Source: Spirochaetia bacterium (lineage in GTDB: Bacteria; Spirochaetota; Spirochaetia; UBA9216). From it: 64,000 nt of DNA. The notes beneath the pieces were generated by a model. It saw only the letters and a program-made list of their open reading frames with translations, was not told the origin of the DNA and searched no databases. The position numbers and the translations under genes were made by a program. This document shows positions 29,007 to 39,147 of this stretch, in pieces. Position 1 is the stretch's first letter. The number at the start of each line of letters is the position of its first letter. The stretch spans positions 480,001-544,000 of the forward strand of contig OZ223264.1 of the NCBI GenBank assembly GCA_965140585.1, given 5' to 3'.

Positions 29007-29155
29007 CAATGATTTTCAGGGCCAGGTGAGTTAATGACATTTAAAAATGTCATATGCAATTCCTGACCGGCGGTTATAGCCCGCGACTCCCGAAAGGGAC
29101 TGAACCGGTGAGATTCCGGTGCCGACGGTAAAGTCCGGATGGAAGAAATTCGTTG
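29007..29155 (+). ncRNA. FMN riboswitch (RFN element) with insertion in L2
   Basis: CAGGGC..GGTG...AATTCC.GACCGGCGGT...AGCCCGCGA...CCGGTGAGATTCCGG.GCCGACGGTAAAGTCCGGATGGAAGA upstream of rib genes. Confidence 0.95.
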
Positions 29156-29196
29156 ATGTACAGTTAGAGCTGTATTAATACACCAATCGAAACTTC

Positions 29197-29228
29197 AAGC
29201 CCTGGAGAATGATCCGGGGCTTTTTTTT
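29197..29228 (+). terminator. Riboswitch attenuator terminator
   Basis: AAGCCCTGGA-gaatga-TCCGGGGCTT, T8 run at 29221-29228. Confidence 0.85.
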
Positions 29229-29300
29229 GCTTTGAACCTGTTAATCCCATAAGGTTTCACAGCAATCCAAACGCCCCGGCCGCATACTGGGGAGAGAATC

Positions 29301-30435
29301 ATGCACAACAACTCAACACACTTCCTCTACATGAGGAAGGCTCTGGCACTGGCCTGTAAAGCCGGTGTCCGGGAAACCTCTCCGAACCCGAGAGTCGGTG
29401 CCGTCATTTTCAAAGACGGCCGGATAATCGGAGAGGGCTATCATCACGGGCCGGGGGCTCCGCACGCGGAAGCCGCGGCCATCGCAGACGCACGGACGCG
29501 TTTTCCGCAGCAGCTGCCCGGAGCAGACCTCTATGTCACCCTGGAACCCTGCTGTCACAGCAGCCCGGGTAAAAGGACTCCGCCTTGCACGGACGTTATT
29601 CTGCGTTCGGGGGATTACTTCAGTCTGTGCCGCTGTCCAGGATCCCAATCCGCAGGTTGCGGGTAGGGGTCTTGAACTGCTAAGAGCCCGGGGGCTGAAG
29701 GTTACTTCAGGAATTCTTGAACAGGAAGCTGAAGAGCTTAACCGCTGGTATTTTCATTCAATGCGTACAGGCCGCCCCTGGGTTATCCTCAAGGCTGCCC
29801 AGAGTCTGGACGGTTTCATCGCAGACAGGAGCGGAAAGTCAAAATGGATCTCCTGTCCCGAGTCGAGAGAGGAAGTTCACCGGCTTCGGGCAGATGTCGA
29901 CGCGGTTCTTGTGGGCCGGGGAACTTTCAACTCCGACGACCCTCTTCTTACAAGCCGGGCAGGGAGGTTTCAGGATGCTGACGTCCGTCAGCCTGTTCCG
30001 ATAATTCTTGGAAGTCCCGGCAGACTTAACCCCGGCAGCAGGCTTTTACTCAATCCTCCCTCCGGGATGATAATTGCCTGTTCAGATGAGGCTTTCAATA
30101 ACGCAGAAGAGTTTGAATCAAGGGGTATAAAAATCCTGAGGTTCACCGATCTTTCTGAGCTTCTTCGAACTCTCAGGACTCTGGGAATCAATTCCATCCT
30201 TGTTGAAGGAGGGAACCGCGTATTCAACAGCTTTATTGGACAGGGCCTCGCAGATGAGATGATGCTTTATATCGCTCCGCTCCTGTTCGGCTCGGGGCTG
30301 CCCGGGTTGTCAGGCTTTGACGGAGCCGGGGAAAATGCTGCTCCGGCCTTCATTTCAGCAGACTGGGCCCGGTTAGGTACTGATATCCGCTTCCGCGGCC
30401 TCTTCAAAGGAGGTCCAGAATGTTTACCGGCCTGA
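29301..30435 (+). pseudogene. ribD: RibD deaminase/reductase, frameshifted at G5 tract 29609-29613 (possible sequencing error)
   Basis: SPNPRVG, HAE, TLEPCCH...TPPC, then GITSV...DPNPQVAGRG, KAAQSLDG, DDPLLT, LVEGG in next frame; deleting one G restores the ORF. Confidence 0.9.
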
Positions 30436-31064
30436 TTGGCGGGCGTGGCAGGGTATTCAGGCTTGAAAGGCGGAGCGGTTCGGCAGTTCTGTCATTTTCA
30501 GCCGGATCACTTGCAGACGAATTAAGCTGCGGCGATTCAATTGCGGTAAACGGTGTATGCCTCACCGTCACATCAAAAATCAGCCGCTGTGTTACCGCAG
30601 ACGTATCAGCCGAGACTCTGCGAAAAACACTTACAGGTACCCTCTCGCCCGGAGATGAAATAAATCTTGAACTCCCACTTGCTGCCGGTGATCGTTATCA
30701 CGGCCATGTTGTAACCGGTCATGTGGCCGGAGCCGGAACAGTCGGCCGTGTGGTAAGCCGTCAGGGCAGCCGCTGGCTGACAATCCTGATTCACGAAGAG
30801 ATACGCAGACAAATCACCCTTGAAGACTCTGTCGCTGTCGACGGTGTAAGTCTTACCGTCAGCGCAGTAAGCCGTGATGCGATTACTGTCTGTCTTATTC
30901 CGGAAACACTTTCAAGAACCAGTCTTGGAAGGCTGCGCAGCAGAGACCGGGTGAATATAGAGCCTGACCGGTTTAAACCCGGTAGGAATCCTGATAACAA
31001 TTTTGGAGAAATAATCAATGACATACATAAAAACAAAAGAAGATTCAGTTTACTGCTCGGTTGA
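30420..31064 (+). CDS. ribE: Riboflavin synthase (alpha chain)
   Basis: MFTGL, GDSIAVNGVCLTV, GHVVTGHV, SVAVDGVSLTV, VNIE. Confidence 0.92.
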   Translation: MFTGLIGGRGRVFRLERRSGSAVLSFSAGSLADELSCGDSIAVNGVCLTVTSKISRCVTADVSAETLRKTLTGTLSPGDEINLELPLAAGDRYHGHVVTGHVAGAGTVGRVVSRQGSRWLTILIHEEIRRQITLEDSVAVDGVSLTVSAVSRDAITVCLIPETLSRTSLGRLRSRDRVNIEPDRFKPGRNPDNNFGEIINDIHKNKRRFSLLLG

Positions 31065-32217
31065 AGACGCACTTAAAGAGCTGGCTGCCGGCAGAATGAT
31101 AATAGTTACCGATGACGAGGACCGTGAGAACGAGGGTGATTTCTTTATCCCGGCCTCACGCTGTACAGCCCGTCATATCAATCTGATGGCATCCTGGGGC
31201 AAGGGCCTTATCTGCGCGCCGATCAGTGGAACCGTCGCAGAGCGGCTTAAACTCAGTCTGATGATTCCCGAAGGCGCTAATGCCCTGCACGGTACTGCCT
31301 TTACCCAGTCCGTTGATGCCATTCCCGGCTGTACAAGCGGAATATCTGCAGCTGACCGGGCTGTAACGCTTCAGATGCTGGCCGACGGCAGTACATGCCC
31401 CGAAGAACTGGCCAGTCCGGGACACATTTTTCCAATATTGGCCAATCCTGACGGGATTGCCGGACGTGACGGTCATACCGAGGCTGCAGTTGAGCTCTGC
31501 AGGCTGGCAGGCGAGCCGGAGGTCGGGGTTATCTGCGAAATCCTTTCTTCTGACGGGTCTATGGCCAGGGGCCGCATTCTTGAAGATATGGCTGCAGCCT
31601 GGGATATTCCGATACTGACCATCCAGAGACTCAAGGAATTTATTCTGAATAAAAAAAAGCCTGTAGAAACAGTGCTTCCGCAGTCTGGAGAAGCTGTACG
31701 TACCCTGTATTATCCGGCGGAAGCCGTAGGCTGTGAGGCTGTTGTTCTGATCAATGACGGTTGGGACGTCAGGCCCCTGGTGAGGATTCATTCGGAATGC
31801 CTTACAGGTGATGTTCTGGAGAGCGGCCGATGCGACTGCGGTTCCCAGCTGAAGGAGGCGAAGCGCCGAATCCTTGAAGAAGGCGGAGTTTTGATCTATC
31901 TGAGACAGGAGGGCCGGGGCATCGGACTTGAAAACAAGCTTCGCGCCTATGCCCTGCAGGATCGCGGCTGTGATACGGTAGAAGCTAATACGGCCCTCGG
32001 ATTTCCAGCTGATATGCGCGATTACTCAGCTGCAGTGAAGATTCTGAAAGAGCTTGGTATAAGCAGTCTCCGTCTTCTGACGAACAATCCGGACAAGATC
32101 TCCGCTATAGCCGGAAGCGGGATAGTCGTGGAGCCTCTTCCGCTAATTGTCGATTATCCGGAGACCGCCGCGGTATATATGAATACAAAGAAAGCCCTTA
32201 TGGGTCATTTACTATAA
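31018..32217 (+). CDS. ribBA: Bifunctional DHBP synthase / GTP cyclohydrolase II
   Basis: DDEDRENEGD, PGHIFP, GHTEA; VRIHSECLTGD...CDCG, QEGRGIGL, LTNNP, MGHLL. Confidence 0.95.
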   Translation: MTYIKTKEDSVYCSVEDALKELAAGRMIIVTDDEDRENEGDFFIPASRCTARHINLMASWGKGLICAPISGTVAERLKLSLMIPEGANALHGTAFTQSVDAIPGCTSGISAADRAVTLQMLADGSTCPEELASPGHIFPILANPDGIAGRDGHTEAAVELCRLAGEPEVGVICEILSSDGSMARGRILEDMAAAWDIPILTIQRLKEFILNKKKPVETVLPQSGEAVRTLYYPAEAVGCEAVVLINDGWDVRPLVRIHSECLTGDVLESGRCDCGSQLKEAKRRILEEGGVLIYLRQEGRGIGLENKLRAYALQDRGCDTVEANTALGFPADMRDYSAAVKILKELGISSLRLLTNNPDKISAIAGSGIVVEPLPLIVDYPETAAVYMNTKKALMGHLL

Positions 32218-32237
32218 ATAATCAGGGAGATAATATT

Positions 32238-32699
32238 ATGAGAGAGATACACGGAAATTTAAACGCCGAAGGAAAGAAGATCTGCATTGTTCTGTCGAGG
32301 TTCAATGATCTGATAGGCAGCAGGCTGCTGGAAGGGGCAAGAGACTGCCTTTTGAGGCACGGAATGGATGATGCAAACCTTGATCTCATCAGGGTGCCCG
32401 GAGCTTTTGAGATTCCGCTTGCTTCGGAGCGAGCAGCATCTTCTGGAAGGTATGATGCTGTAATCTGTCTTGGAGCTGTAATTCGCGGTGATACTCCGCA
32501 TTTTGAGCTGGTCTGTGCAGAGGTATCAAGGGGGATCGGCCGGGTTTCGGTTTCAAGCGGTGTTCCAGTTATATTCGGTGTAATAACCACTGATAATATG
32601 GATCAGGCTATTGACCGCAGCGGAGGAAAAGTCGGTAATAAGGGTTGGGATGCCGCCCTTGCTGCAATAGAGATGACATCAGTGCTTGCCGCAGTCTAA
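32238..32699 (+). CDS. ribH: 6,7-dimethyl-8-ribityllumazine synthase
   Basis: SRFN, VPGAFEIP, GAVIRGDTPHF, FGVITT, GNKG. Confidence 0.97.
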   Translation: MREIHGNLNAEGKKICIVLSRFNDLIGSRLLEGARDCLLRHGMDDANLDLIRVPGAFEIPLASERAASSGRYDAVICLGAVIRGDTPHFELVCAEVSRGIGRVSVSSGVPVIFGVITTDNMDQAIDRSGGKVGNKGWDAALAAIEMTSVLAAV

Positions 32700-32800
32700 T
32701 CAACTTTTAATTCGTCAAGTTCTTCCGGCTATTGAATTTATATTGTATTTTTACTACACTGCCTATCCATAATATAAATGATAATAGCCGGAACACGCAT

Positions 32801-32829
32801 TTGCTTTCGCGTTTTCTGATGAGTATAAT
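32801..32829 (+). promoter_or_regulatory. sigma70-like promoter of fusA
   Basis: TTGCTT(32801)-17 bp-TATAAT(32824); SD GAGGA before ATG 32852. Confidence 0.65.
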
Positions 32830-32851
32830 TACTTTGAGAGGATAATATACA

Positions 32852-34936
32852 ATGGCAACACTTGAAAAAATGAGGAATATCGGTATCAGTGCGCATATCG
32901 ATTCTGGTAAAACCACGCTGACAGAACGTATTCTGTTTTACTGTAATAAAATTCATGCTATCCATGAAGTGCGTGGTAAAGATGGTGTCGGCGCCACAAT
33001 GGACTCGATGGAGCTGGAAAAAGAAAGAGGAATTACCATCGCCTCAGCCGCCACCAATGTTGAGTGGAAGGGACATCCTATTAACATCATCGACACTCCG
33101 GGTCACGTTGACTTTACAATTGAAGTAGAAAGGGCCCTCAGGGTTCTTGACGGAGCTATCCTTGTTCTATGTTCAGTAGGCGGTGTTCAGTCACAGTCAA
33201 TCACAGTTGACAGACAGCTTAAGAGGTACAAGGTTCCAAGACTTGCGTTTGTTAACAAATGTGACCGAACCGGAGCAAATCCGCTTAGAGTATGCGGCCA
33301 GCTTCGCGACAAACTTGGACTTAATTCTGTTATGATGCAGCTTCCCATCGGACTTGAAGAAAAGCATGAAGGTGTCGTAGACCTGATCACCATGAAGGCT
33401 GTTTACTTTGAGGGTGATGCGGGTACAGAAATCAGAATTGCCGACATTCCTGCTGATATGCAGGCTCAGGCTGAAGAATACAGAGAGACAATGCTTGATG
33501 CTGTTTCAATGTTTTCAGACGAGCTGATGGAAGCAATGATGGAAGAGGCTGTTACAGAGGAAATGATACATACCGCTGTAAGAAAGGCTACTCTTGCTAA
33601 CGAACTCTGTCCTGTTTTCCTTGGAAGTGCTTACAAGAACAAGGGTGTTCAGGCTCTGCTTGATGCTGTTATTAAATACCTTCCGGAACCAAGGGATGTT
33701 CAGAATATCGCACTTGATCTCGATAACAACGAAGAAGAGGTCAAGCTTGTAGCAGATGAAAATAAAAAGACTGTTGCTCTTGCATTCAAGCTTGAAGACG
33801 GTCAGTATGGTCAGCTTACCTATATCCGTGTTTATCAGGGCCAGGTTAAGAAGGGCTCGGAACTTTATAATACAAGAAGCAGAAAGAAGTTCAAGGTTGG
33901 ACGTCTTATCAGAATGCATTCAGATCATATGGAAGATATTAACGAAGCAGGCTGCGGAGATATAGTAGCTCTTTTCGGTATCGAATGTGCATCAGGTGAT
34001 ACATTCTGTGACCCAAGCCTGAACTACTCAATGACTTCGATGTACGTTCCGGCCCCTGTTATCTCTCTTGCTATTGAACCTGTTGATAAAAAGGCTGCCG
34101 ACAATATGGCAAAGGCCCTTAACAGGTTTACCAAGGAAGATCCGACTTTCAGAACTTATGTCGACCCTGAATCAAACCAGACTATCATCCAGGGAATGGG
34201 TGAGCTTCATCTTGATGTTTACGTTGAAAGAATGAAACGTGAATACAAGGCTGAAGTTCAGACCGGTATGCCGCAGGTTGCCTATCGTGAGGCAATAAGC
34301 AAGCATGCTGATTTTAACTATACTCACAAGAAACAGTCAGGTGGTTCCGGTCAGTACGGTCGTGTAGCAGGTTTTATGGAACCGCTTGAAGAAGGAAACT
34401 ACGAGTTTGTTAACCAGATAAAGGGTGGTTCTATTCCAACTGAATATATCCCGGCATGTGACAAGGGTTTTCAGGCCTCACTTGAGAAGGGTTCACTTAT
34501 CGGATTCCCGATTGTAGGAGTTAAGGTTACCATCAATGATGGTCAGTCCCACTCCGTCGACTCTTCAGATATGGCTTTCCAGCTTGCGGCAATCGGGGCA
34601 TTTAAGGAAGCTTATTCAAAGGCAGGCCCCCAGATTCTCGAACCTATAATGAAGGTTACAGTTGAAGGACCTACCGAGTTCCAGGGAAATATTTTCGGTT
34701 CAATCAACCAGAGACGAGGTCTTATCAGCAGTTCTGCCGAGGAAGGCGTCAACTGTACCGTTGAAGCTGAAGTCCCGATGAGTGAAATGTTCGGATATTC
34801 TACAACTTTACGTTCTCTTACACAGGGAAAAGCAGAGTACTCAATGGAATTCCTAAAGTACGGAAAGGTTCCCCAGAGCATTTCTGACGAGCTCATAAAA
34901 GAACATGAGCAGAAGAAGAAAGAACAGAACAAGTAA
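32852..34936 (+). CDS. fusA: Elongation factor G (spirochete/mitochondrial EF-G1 type)
   Basis: [41 protein letters not shown]; not flanked by rpsL/rpsG/tuf. Confidence 0.97.
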   Translation: MATLEKMRNIGISAHIDSGKTTLTERILFYCNKIHAIHEVRGKDGVGATMDSMELEKERGITIASAATNVEWKGHPINIIDTPGHVDFTIEVERALRVLDGAILVLCSVGGVQSQSITVDRQLKRYKVPRLAFVNKCDRTGANPLRVCGQLRDKLGLNSVMMQLPIGLEEKHEGVVDLITMKAVYFEGDAGTEIRIADIPADMQAQAEEYRETMLDAVSMFSDELMEAMMEEAVTEEMIHTAVRKATLANELCPVFLGSAYKNKGVQALLDAVIKYLPEPRDVQNIALDLDNNEEEVKLVADENKKTVALAFKLEDGQYGQLTYIRVYQGQVKKGSELYNTRSRKKFKVGRLIRMHSDHMEDINEAGCGDIVALFGIECASGDTFCDPSLNYSMTSMYVPAPVISLAIEPVDKKAADNMAKALNRFTKEDPTFRTYVDPESNQTIIQGMGELHLDVYVERMKREYKAEVQTGMPQVAYREAISKHADFNYTHKKQSGGSGQYGRVAGFMEPLEEGNYEFVNQIKGGSIPTEYIPACDKGFQASLEKGSLIGFPIVGVKVTINDGQSHSVDSSDMAFQLAAIGAFKEAYSKAGPQILEPIMKVTVEGPTEFQGNIFGSINQRRGLISSSAEEGVNCTVEAEVPMSEMFGYSTTLRSLTQGKAEYSMEFLKYGKVPQSISDELIKEHEQKKKEQNK

Positions 34937-34951
34937 GGAGATTGGGAATAA

Positions 34952-35659
34952 ATGATTAAATCAGAGCTCAATAAAAGAAGCCCGCTTAGAATTTTTGAAA
35001 ACTCAATAAAGGGCGGACTCGGAAAAGGTAATATCGGAGTTCTTGCTTCGAAAAAAGGTGTTGGAAAAACAGCATGCCTTGTACACATCGCCATGGATAA
35101 ACTTTTCAGAGGCCGTCATGTTATACACGTGTCATTTTCTTCCAAGGTTGATCATATTGCTGAATGGTATGAGGATATCTTCAAGGAAATAGCAAAGAAA
35201 AGAGAACTTGATGATTCTGTAGAAGTGCACAATGAAATAATCAAGAACCGGGTTATCATGAATTTCAGTCAGGAAGGTCTTGAAACAGCCAAGATTCTGG
35301 CAAGTGTTACTGCCATGATAGAGCAGGGACACTTTGCTGCTGATGCGGTAATGATAGACGGGTATGATTATTCAAAGGCTTCAGATGAGGACATTGCAGC
35401 ACTCAACAAGTTTGCAAAAGACACAAACCTTGAAATCTGGACAAGTGTATCGCTTCAGAAGGATGCTCCCTATGATGACAACGGAATACCGGTAATTCTT
35501 GATGACTACCTTGAAAATATTGCTGTTGTTATAACTCTGCAGTATGAGGGTGAATATGTTCACCTCAAAGTAGTTAAGGATCATGAAGAGATTTCTCCCA
35601 AGGAGATGTCTATTAAACTGGACCCGAAAACACTCCTGATTGCAGAGATGCAGGATTAA
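34952..35659 (+). CDS. Uncharacterised RecA/KaiC-like P-loop protein
   Basis: GGLGKGNIGVLASKKGVGKT (Walker A-like), VMIDG (Walker B-like); SD AGGAG. Confidence 0.75.
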   Translation: MIKSELNKRSPLRIFENSIKGGLGKGNIGVLASKKGVGKTACLVHIAMDKLFRGRHVIHVSFSSKVDHIAEWYEDIFKEIAKKRELDDSVEVHNEIIKNRVIMNFSQEGLETAKILASVTAMIEQGHFAADAVMIDGYDYSKASDEDIAALNKFAKDTNLEIWTSVSLQKDAPYDDNGIPVILDDYLENIAVVITLQYEGEYVHLKVVKDHEEISPKEMSIKLDPKTLLIAEMQD

Positions 35660-35671
35660 TTTTCTAATTAC

Positions 35672-35702
35672 GGGCTGATCTTTTCGAAGTCAGCCCTTTT
35701 TT
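35672..35702 (+). terminator. Intrinsic terminator of fusA operon
   Basis: GGGCTGA...TCAGCCC + T6. Confidence 0.8.
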
Positions 35703-35829
35703 ATCCTTCTTTTTCAAAGAAAACATTGCTTGAATTACTCTCGTAACTATCTTATAATCAACACTCAAAACTTATATTAATATCCATAATAATATTTAGT
35801 TACATCTTTTGTGCTTTCGGAGGGTAATT

Positions 35830-37851
35830 GTGCGAATTAGAAAGAAGTTAAATTTACTTGCTATAGGTGTTATAGGGACTCTTTTTATTGGAGTTATTGC
35901 TTTCGGACTGACCCTGGCTCCGACAATCCTGATGAGAACTGAAAAAGATAATCTGATGGTGCTCGATACTTCCATCTCAGAATTACGAGCGGAAGTTAAT
36001 AAGTTGGCCAATGCTCAGCTTGCATCCCAACGCGACGTTATTATAGCTGATCATGAACAACTTACAAAGAATTTTGAAATGCTGGATAATGTAGAAGCAC
36101 TCAGCAAAGATGAAGATATTGCAGAATCAATACAGATTATGAAGAGATTGTATACACTGTATTCCGGCAATTATTTTGATTTGATAAGCAACATTACCAA
36201 TCTTGGCCAGGAGGCTGAGGCAATATTTTTTACCGATAACGTAAAAATTGACACATTCAGGGAATCTACACTGGTACAGAATTCAGGAAAAGAGAATATC
36301 ATCTATTCCAAGGTTAAATCTCTTCTGTCGGTTATTACCATTCTTGATTCAAATCTTACTTCAACACACATGGTGGTAACCGAACAGTTTGAGCTTATGA
36401 ACGATTTGATCAATAAAAAAGAGCTGAACGCGTACATAATCGGTGTGGGAATAATTGTAGTGATCGGCATAGCTGCATTTATTGCTGTCTTTTTTATAAC
36501 CGGATTGATAGTAAGATCCATCAGTGCTGCTCATAAAGGAATTGAGCTCATGAGTTCGGGTGATCTTTCCATTAATTTTGATATAAAGAGCAAAGATGAG
36601 ATTCAGTCTCTCGGAGAGAATCTCAATACCCTGACAGATAAACTGAAGAATGTATTTTCGTCAATGAAGTCCGGTGCAAAAGACGGTGTTGAACTTCAGG
36701 AAGAGCTAATTACTTCAACCAACCAGACCTCAGCTGCGGCTCAGGAGATTGCCTCAAACAGTGAGTCAATCAGAAAGCAGTTCAACAGCCTTGCTGAGCT
36801 TGCATCAGGGGCTCAGGAAGCGTCAGAAATAATGAAAAGAACTTTGGGTATGCTCAGTGATTTTATAGGTGAGCAGAAATCGATGGTAGAAGAGTCTACT
36901 ACTGCGGTAACCCAGATGATAAGTTCGATCAATAATGTTACCGAGATAACCCAGAAAAAGAAAAGTGCTACAGACATTCTTGTTAAGACTGCCGAATCCG
37001 GCGGTGCCAAGCTTGATACAACTACATCAATAATTAATGATATCACATCGAATCTTGATGAGATCAAGGGTACAGCCTCTATCATACAGCAGATAGCAAG
37101 TCAGACCAATCTTCTGGCAATGAATGCTGCCATTGAGGCTGCGCATGCAGGTGAGGCCGGACGCGGATTCGCCGTAGTAGCCGATGAAATCAGAAAACTT
37201 GCGGAAGCTTCCTCGATGAACTCAAAACAGATAAGCGGGGTTCTGAAAGAGGTCGTTGAGAGAATCGAAATGGCTTCATCGGCAGGCTCTGAAACACAGC
37301 TTGCATTCAATGCCATTGATACCGAGGTTAAGGGGGTTTCCCAGTCTCTGGAAGAGATTTCAATGAGCATGGAGGAACTCAGTATCGGCGGCAAGCAGAT
37401 TCTTCAGTCGATGACCGGTCTTCAGGAAGTTTCATTCAAGGTAGACGGCGGGAATTCTGAGATGGATCAGGCTTCTGTTAAAGTATCAGATGCTATCTCT
37501 ACTGTTTCGAGGGTTACATCCGAGGTCGCAAACAGTGCTGCTGAGATAACTGCCGGCATTAAGGAAATCAGTTCATCAATGCTGCTGCTCTCTGATCTTG
37601 CCGAAAAACTCGGTGAAATCACTGATCTGCTTGAAACCGAGGCCAGTCAGTATAAAACTGAAGCTGCGGCTGAAACACCCGTTGCAGATGATTCTGCTGT
37701 AAAAACTGATGATGAAGCAGTCAGAACCTATGCAGAGTCATTTGAAGGCGGACTCAGCAGTACAAAGGAAAGCTCCAGTCCGGAACTATCCGATGCAACG
37801 ACTGTTACCCTTGCTGATGAGCAGGAAGATTCAAATATAGAGGAGTTGTGA
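35830..37851 (+). CDS. Methyl-accepting chemotaxis protein
   Basis: Two TM helices, HAMP (GDLS...KDEI), [38 protein letters not shown]; GGAGG before GTG 35830. Confidence 0.95.
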   Translation: MRIRKKLNLLAIGVIGTLFIGVIAFGLTLAPTILMRTEKDNLMVLDTSISELRAEVNKLANAQLASQRDVIIADHEQLTKNFEMLDNVEALSKDEDIAESIQIMKRLYTLYSGNYFDLISNITNLGQEAEAIFFTDNVKIDTFRESTLVQNSGKENIIYSKVKSLLSVITILDSNLTSTHMVVTEQFELMNDLINKKELNAYIIGVGIIVVIGIAAFIAVFFITGLIVRSISAAHKGIELMSSGDLSINFDIKSKDEIQSLGENLNTLTDKLKNVFSSMKSGAKDGVELQEELITSTNQTSAAAQEIASNSESIRKQFNSLAELASGAQEASEIMKRTLGMLSDFIGEQKSMVEESTTAVTQMISSINNVTEITQKKKSATDILVKTAESGGAKLDTTTSIINDITSNLDEIKGTASIIQQIASQTNLLAMNAAIEAAHAGEAGRGFAVVADEIRKLAEASSMNSKQISGVLKEVVERIEMASSAGSETQLAFNAIDTEVKGVSQSLEEISMSMEELSIGGKQILQSMTGLQEVSFKVDGGNSEMDQASVKVSDAISTVSRVTSEVANSAAEITAGIKEISSSMLLLSDLAEKLGEITDLLETEASQYKTEAAAETPVADDSAVKTDDEAVRTYAESFEGGLSSTKESSSPELSDATTVTLADEQEDSNIEEL

Positions 37852-37874
37852 GAGAACTTTGAACTCCGTTTGTT

Positions 37875-38014
37875 ATAGTTACTAACTAACTGTAAAATCA
37901 AAAGTTGGTGACTTTTGATTTTGCTTCCTTATATGTAAATGAAAGATTTTGTAATTAAAGTTACAAAATCTTTCAGAGAAACAAATATACCCAGCCGGGT
38001 TATATTTGTATCTC
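37875..38014 (+). repeat. Four-hairpin intergenic element, copy B (inverted relative to A)
   Basis: IRs 37877-81/37887-91, 37894-905/37911-22, 37940-54/37961-75, 37976-92/37998-38014; linker CCTTATATGTAAATGAA. Confidence 0.8.
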
Positions 38015-38017
38015 CGG

Positions 38018-38674
38018 TTACCGGCTTTTTTTTACATCTATTCTTTTACAGTAATCCGTAATTACACATTCCGAGCATTTGGGTGATAAGGGGGTGCAGG
38101 TCCGCTGTCCGTAGCTGACAAGCATTTCATTAAGGGGGATCCAGTATTTTTCGGGCAAAACCTTTTCCAGTGCTAATTCCGTATCATCCGGATTTTTTGT
38201 ATTAACCCATCCGGCTCTGTTGGATATACGGTGTACGTGGGTATCTACACATATTGCATTGATTCCGAAGCCCAGATTAAGCGTGAGGTTCGCCGTCTTG
38301 CGTCCGACTCCCGGTAGTTTAAGGAGTTCATCCCTGTCTGAAGGTATTTTGCCGTCGTGTTCATTAATTATAATTGTGCAGCATTTCTTTATACTCGAAG
38401 CCTTGTTCCGGTAGAAAGCTGCAGGATAAATCAGCTCCTCGATCCTTTCCTCGTCAAGGCTGCTGAGTGTGTATATGTCAGGGGCTTCTGCGAAAAGTCT
38501 CTCTGAAGCTGCAAGTGTAACTTCGTCACGGGTTCTCAAAGACAATATGGTTGAAAACAGAACCCGGTAGGGGTCGGAATCAGCTTCCGCAATCGCAGAT
38601 ATTGAAGGAAGTATATCGTTTTGAATGTGCTTTCGAAGAAGCTTGAAAACGGACTCCCAGTCCCCTGCGTTCAA
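38018..38674 (-). CDS. nth: Endonuclease III
   Basis: HhH LPGVGRKTA, VDTHVHR, C-x6-C-x2-C-x5-C 4Fe-4S motif. Confidence 0.93.
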   Translation of the reverse strand: MNAGDWESVFKLLRKHIQNDILPSISAIAEADSDPYRVLFSTILSLRTRDEVTLAASERLFAEAPDIYTLSSLDEERIEELIYPAAFYRNKASSIKKCCTIIINEHDGKIPSDRDELLKLPGVGRKTANLTLNLGFGINAICVDTHVHRISNRAGWVNTKNPDDTELALEKVLPEKYWIPLNEMLVSYGQRTCTPLSPKCSECVITDYCKRIDVKKSR

Positions 38675-39147
38675 TTTGCATCTCCAAGAAGCACAACAGC
38701 AATGGCTTCGACTGCTCTGCCTTCACCCGCAGCATTAACTTTTTCACTGGTTTTAGCTTTGACTGAAATATCACCTGCCGGTATTCCCGCGGTTTCGGCA
38801 ATATTACTGATAATTTCGGAGATATGAGGCTTGAGTTTAGGCTGTTCGAGAATTACTGTTGTATCAAGATTAATAATTCGATAGCCTTTTCGGGAAACAA
38901 GCTCAGTAGTATGTTTTAGAAGGTCCATGCTGTCGGCATTCTTCCATTCATCAGATGTGTCGGGGAAATGGCTGCCAATGTCTCCCAGAGCTGCGGCTCC
39001 GAGTACGGCATCTATAATTGCGTGAATCAGAACATCTCCGTCTGAATGGGCAATACAGCCCTTATCGAAGGGGATGTCGACGCCGCCGATTATCAGCTTT
39101 CTACCTGGTTCAAGCCTGTGTAAATCCCAACCCTGTCCTATTCTCAT
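38671..39147 (-). CDS. ispF: 2-C-methyl-D-erythritol 2,4-cyclodiphosphate synthase
   Basis: MRIGQGWDLH, HSDGDV..HA, GDIG.HFPD, VKAKT.E. Confidence 0.97.
   Translation of the reverse strand: MRIGQGWDLHRLEPGRKLIIGGVDIPFDKGCIAHSDGDVLIHAIIDAVLGAAALGDIGSHFPDTSDEWKNADSMDLLKHTTELVSRKGYRIINLDTTVILEQPKLKPHISEIISNIAETAGIPAGDISVKAKTSEKVNAAGEGRAVEAIAVVLLGDAN

Noticed and set aside
26450-32700. Genomic island around the rib operon (looks GC-richer by eye)
   Set aside because: No integrase, tRNA or flanking repeats; composition shift not quantified
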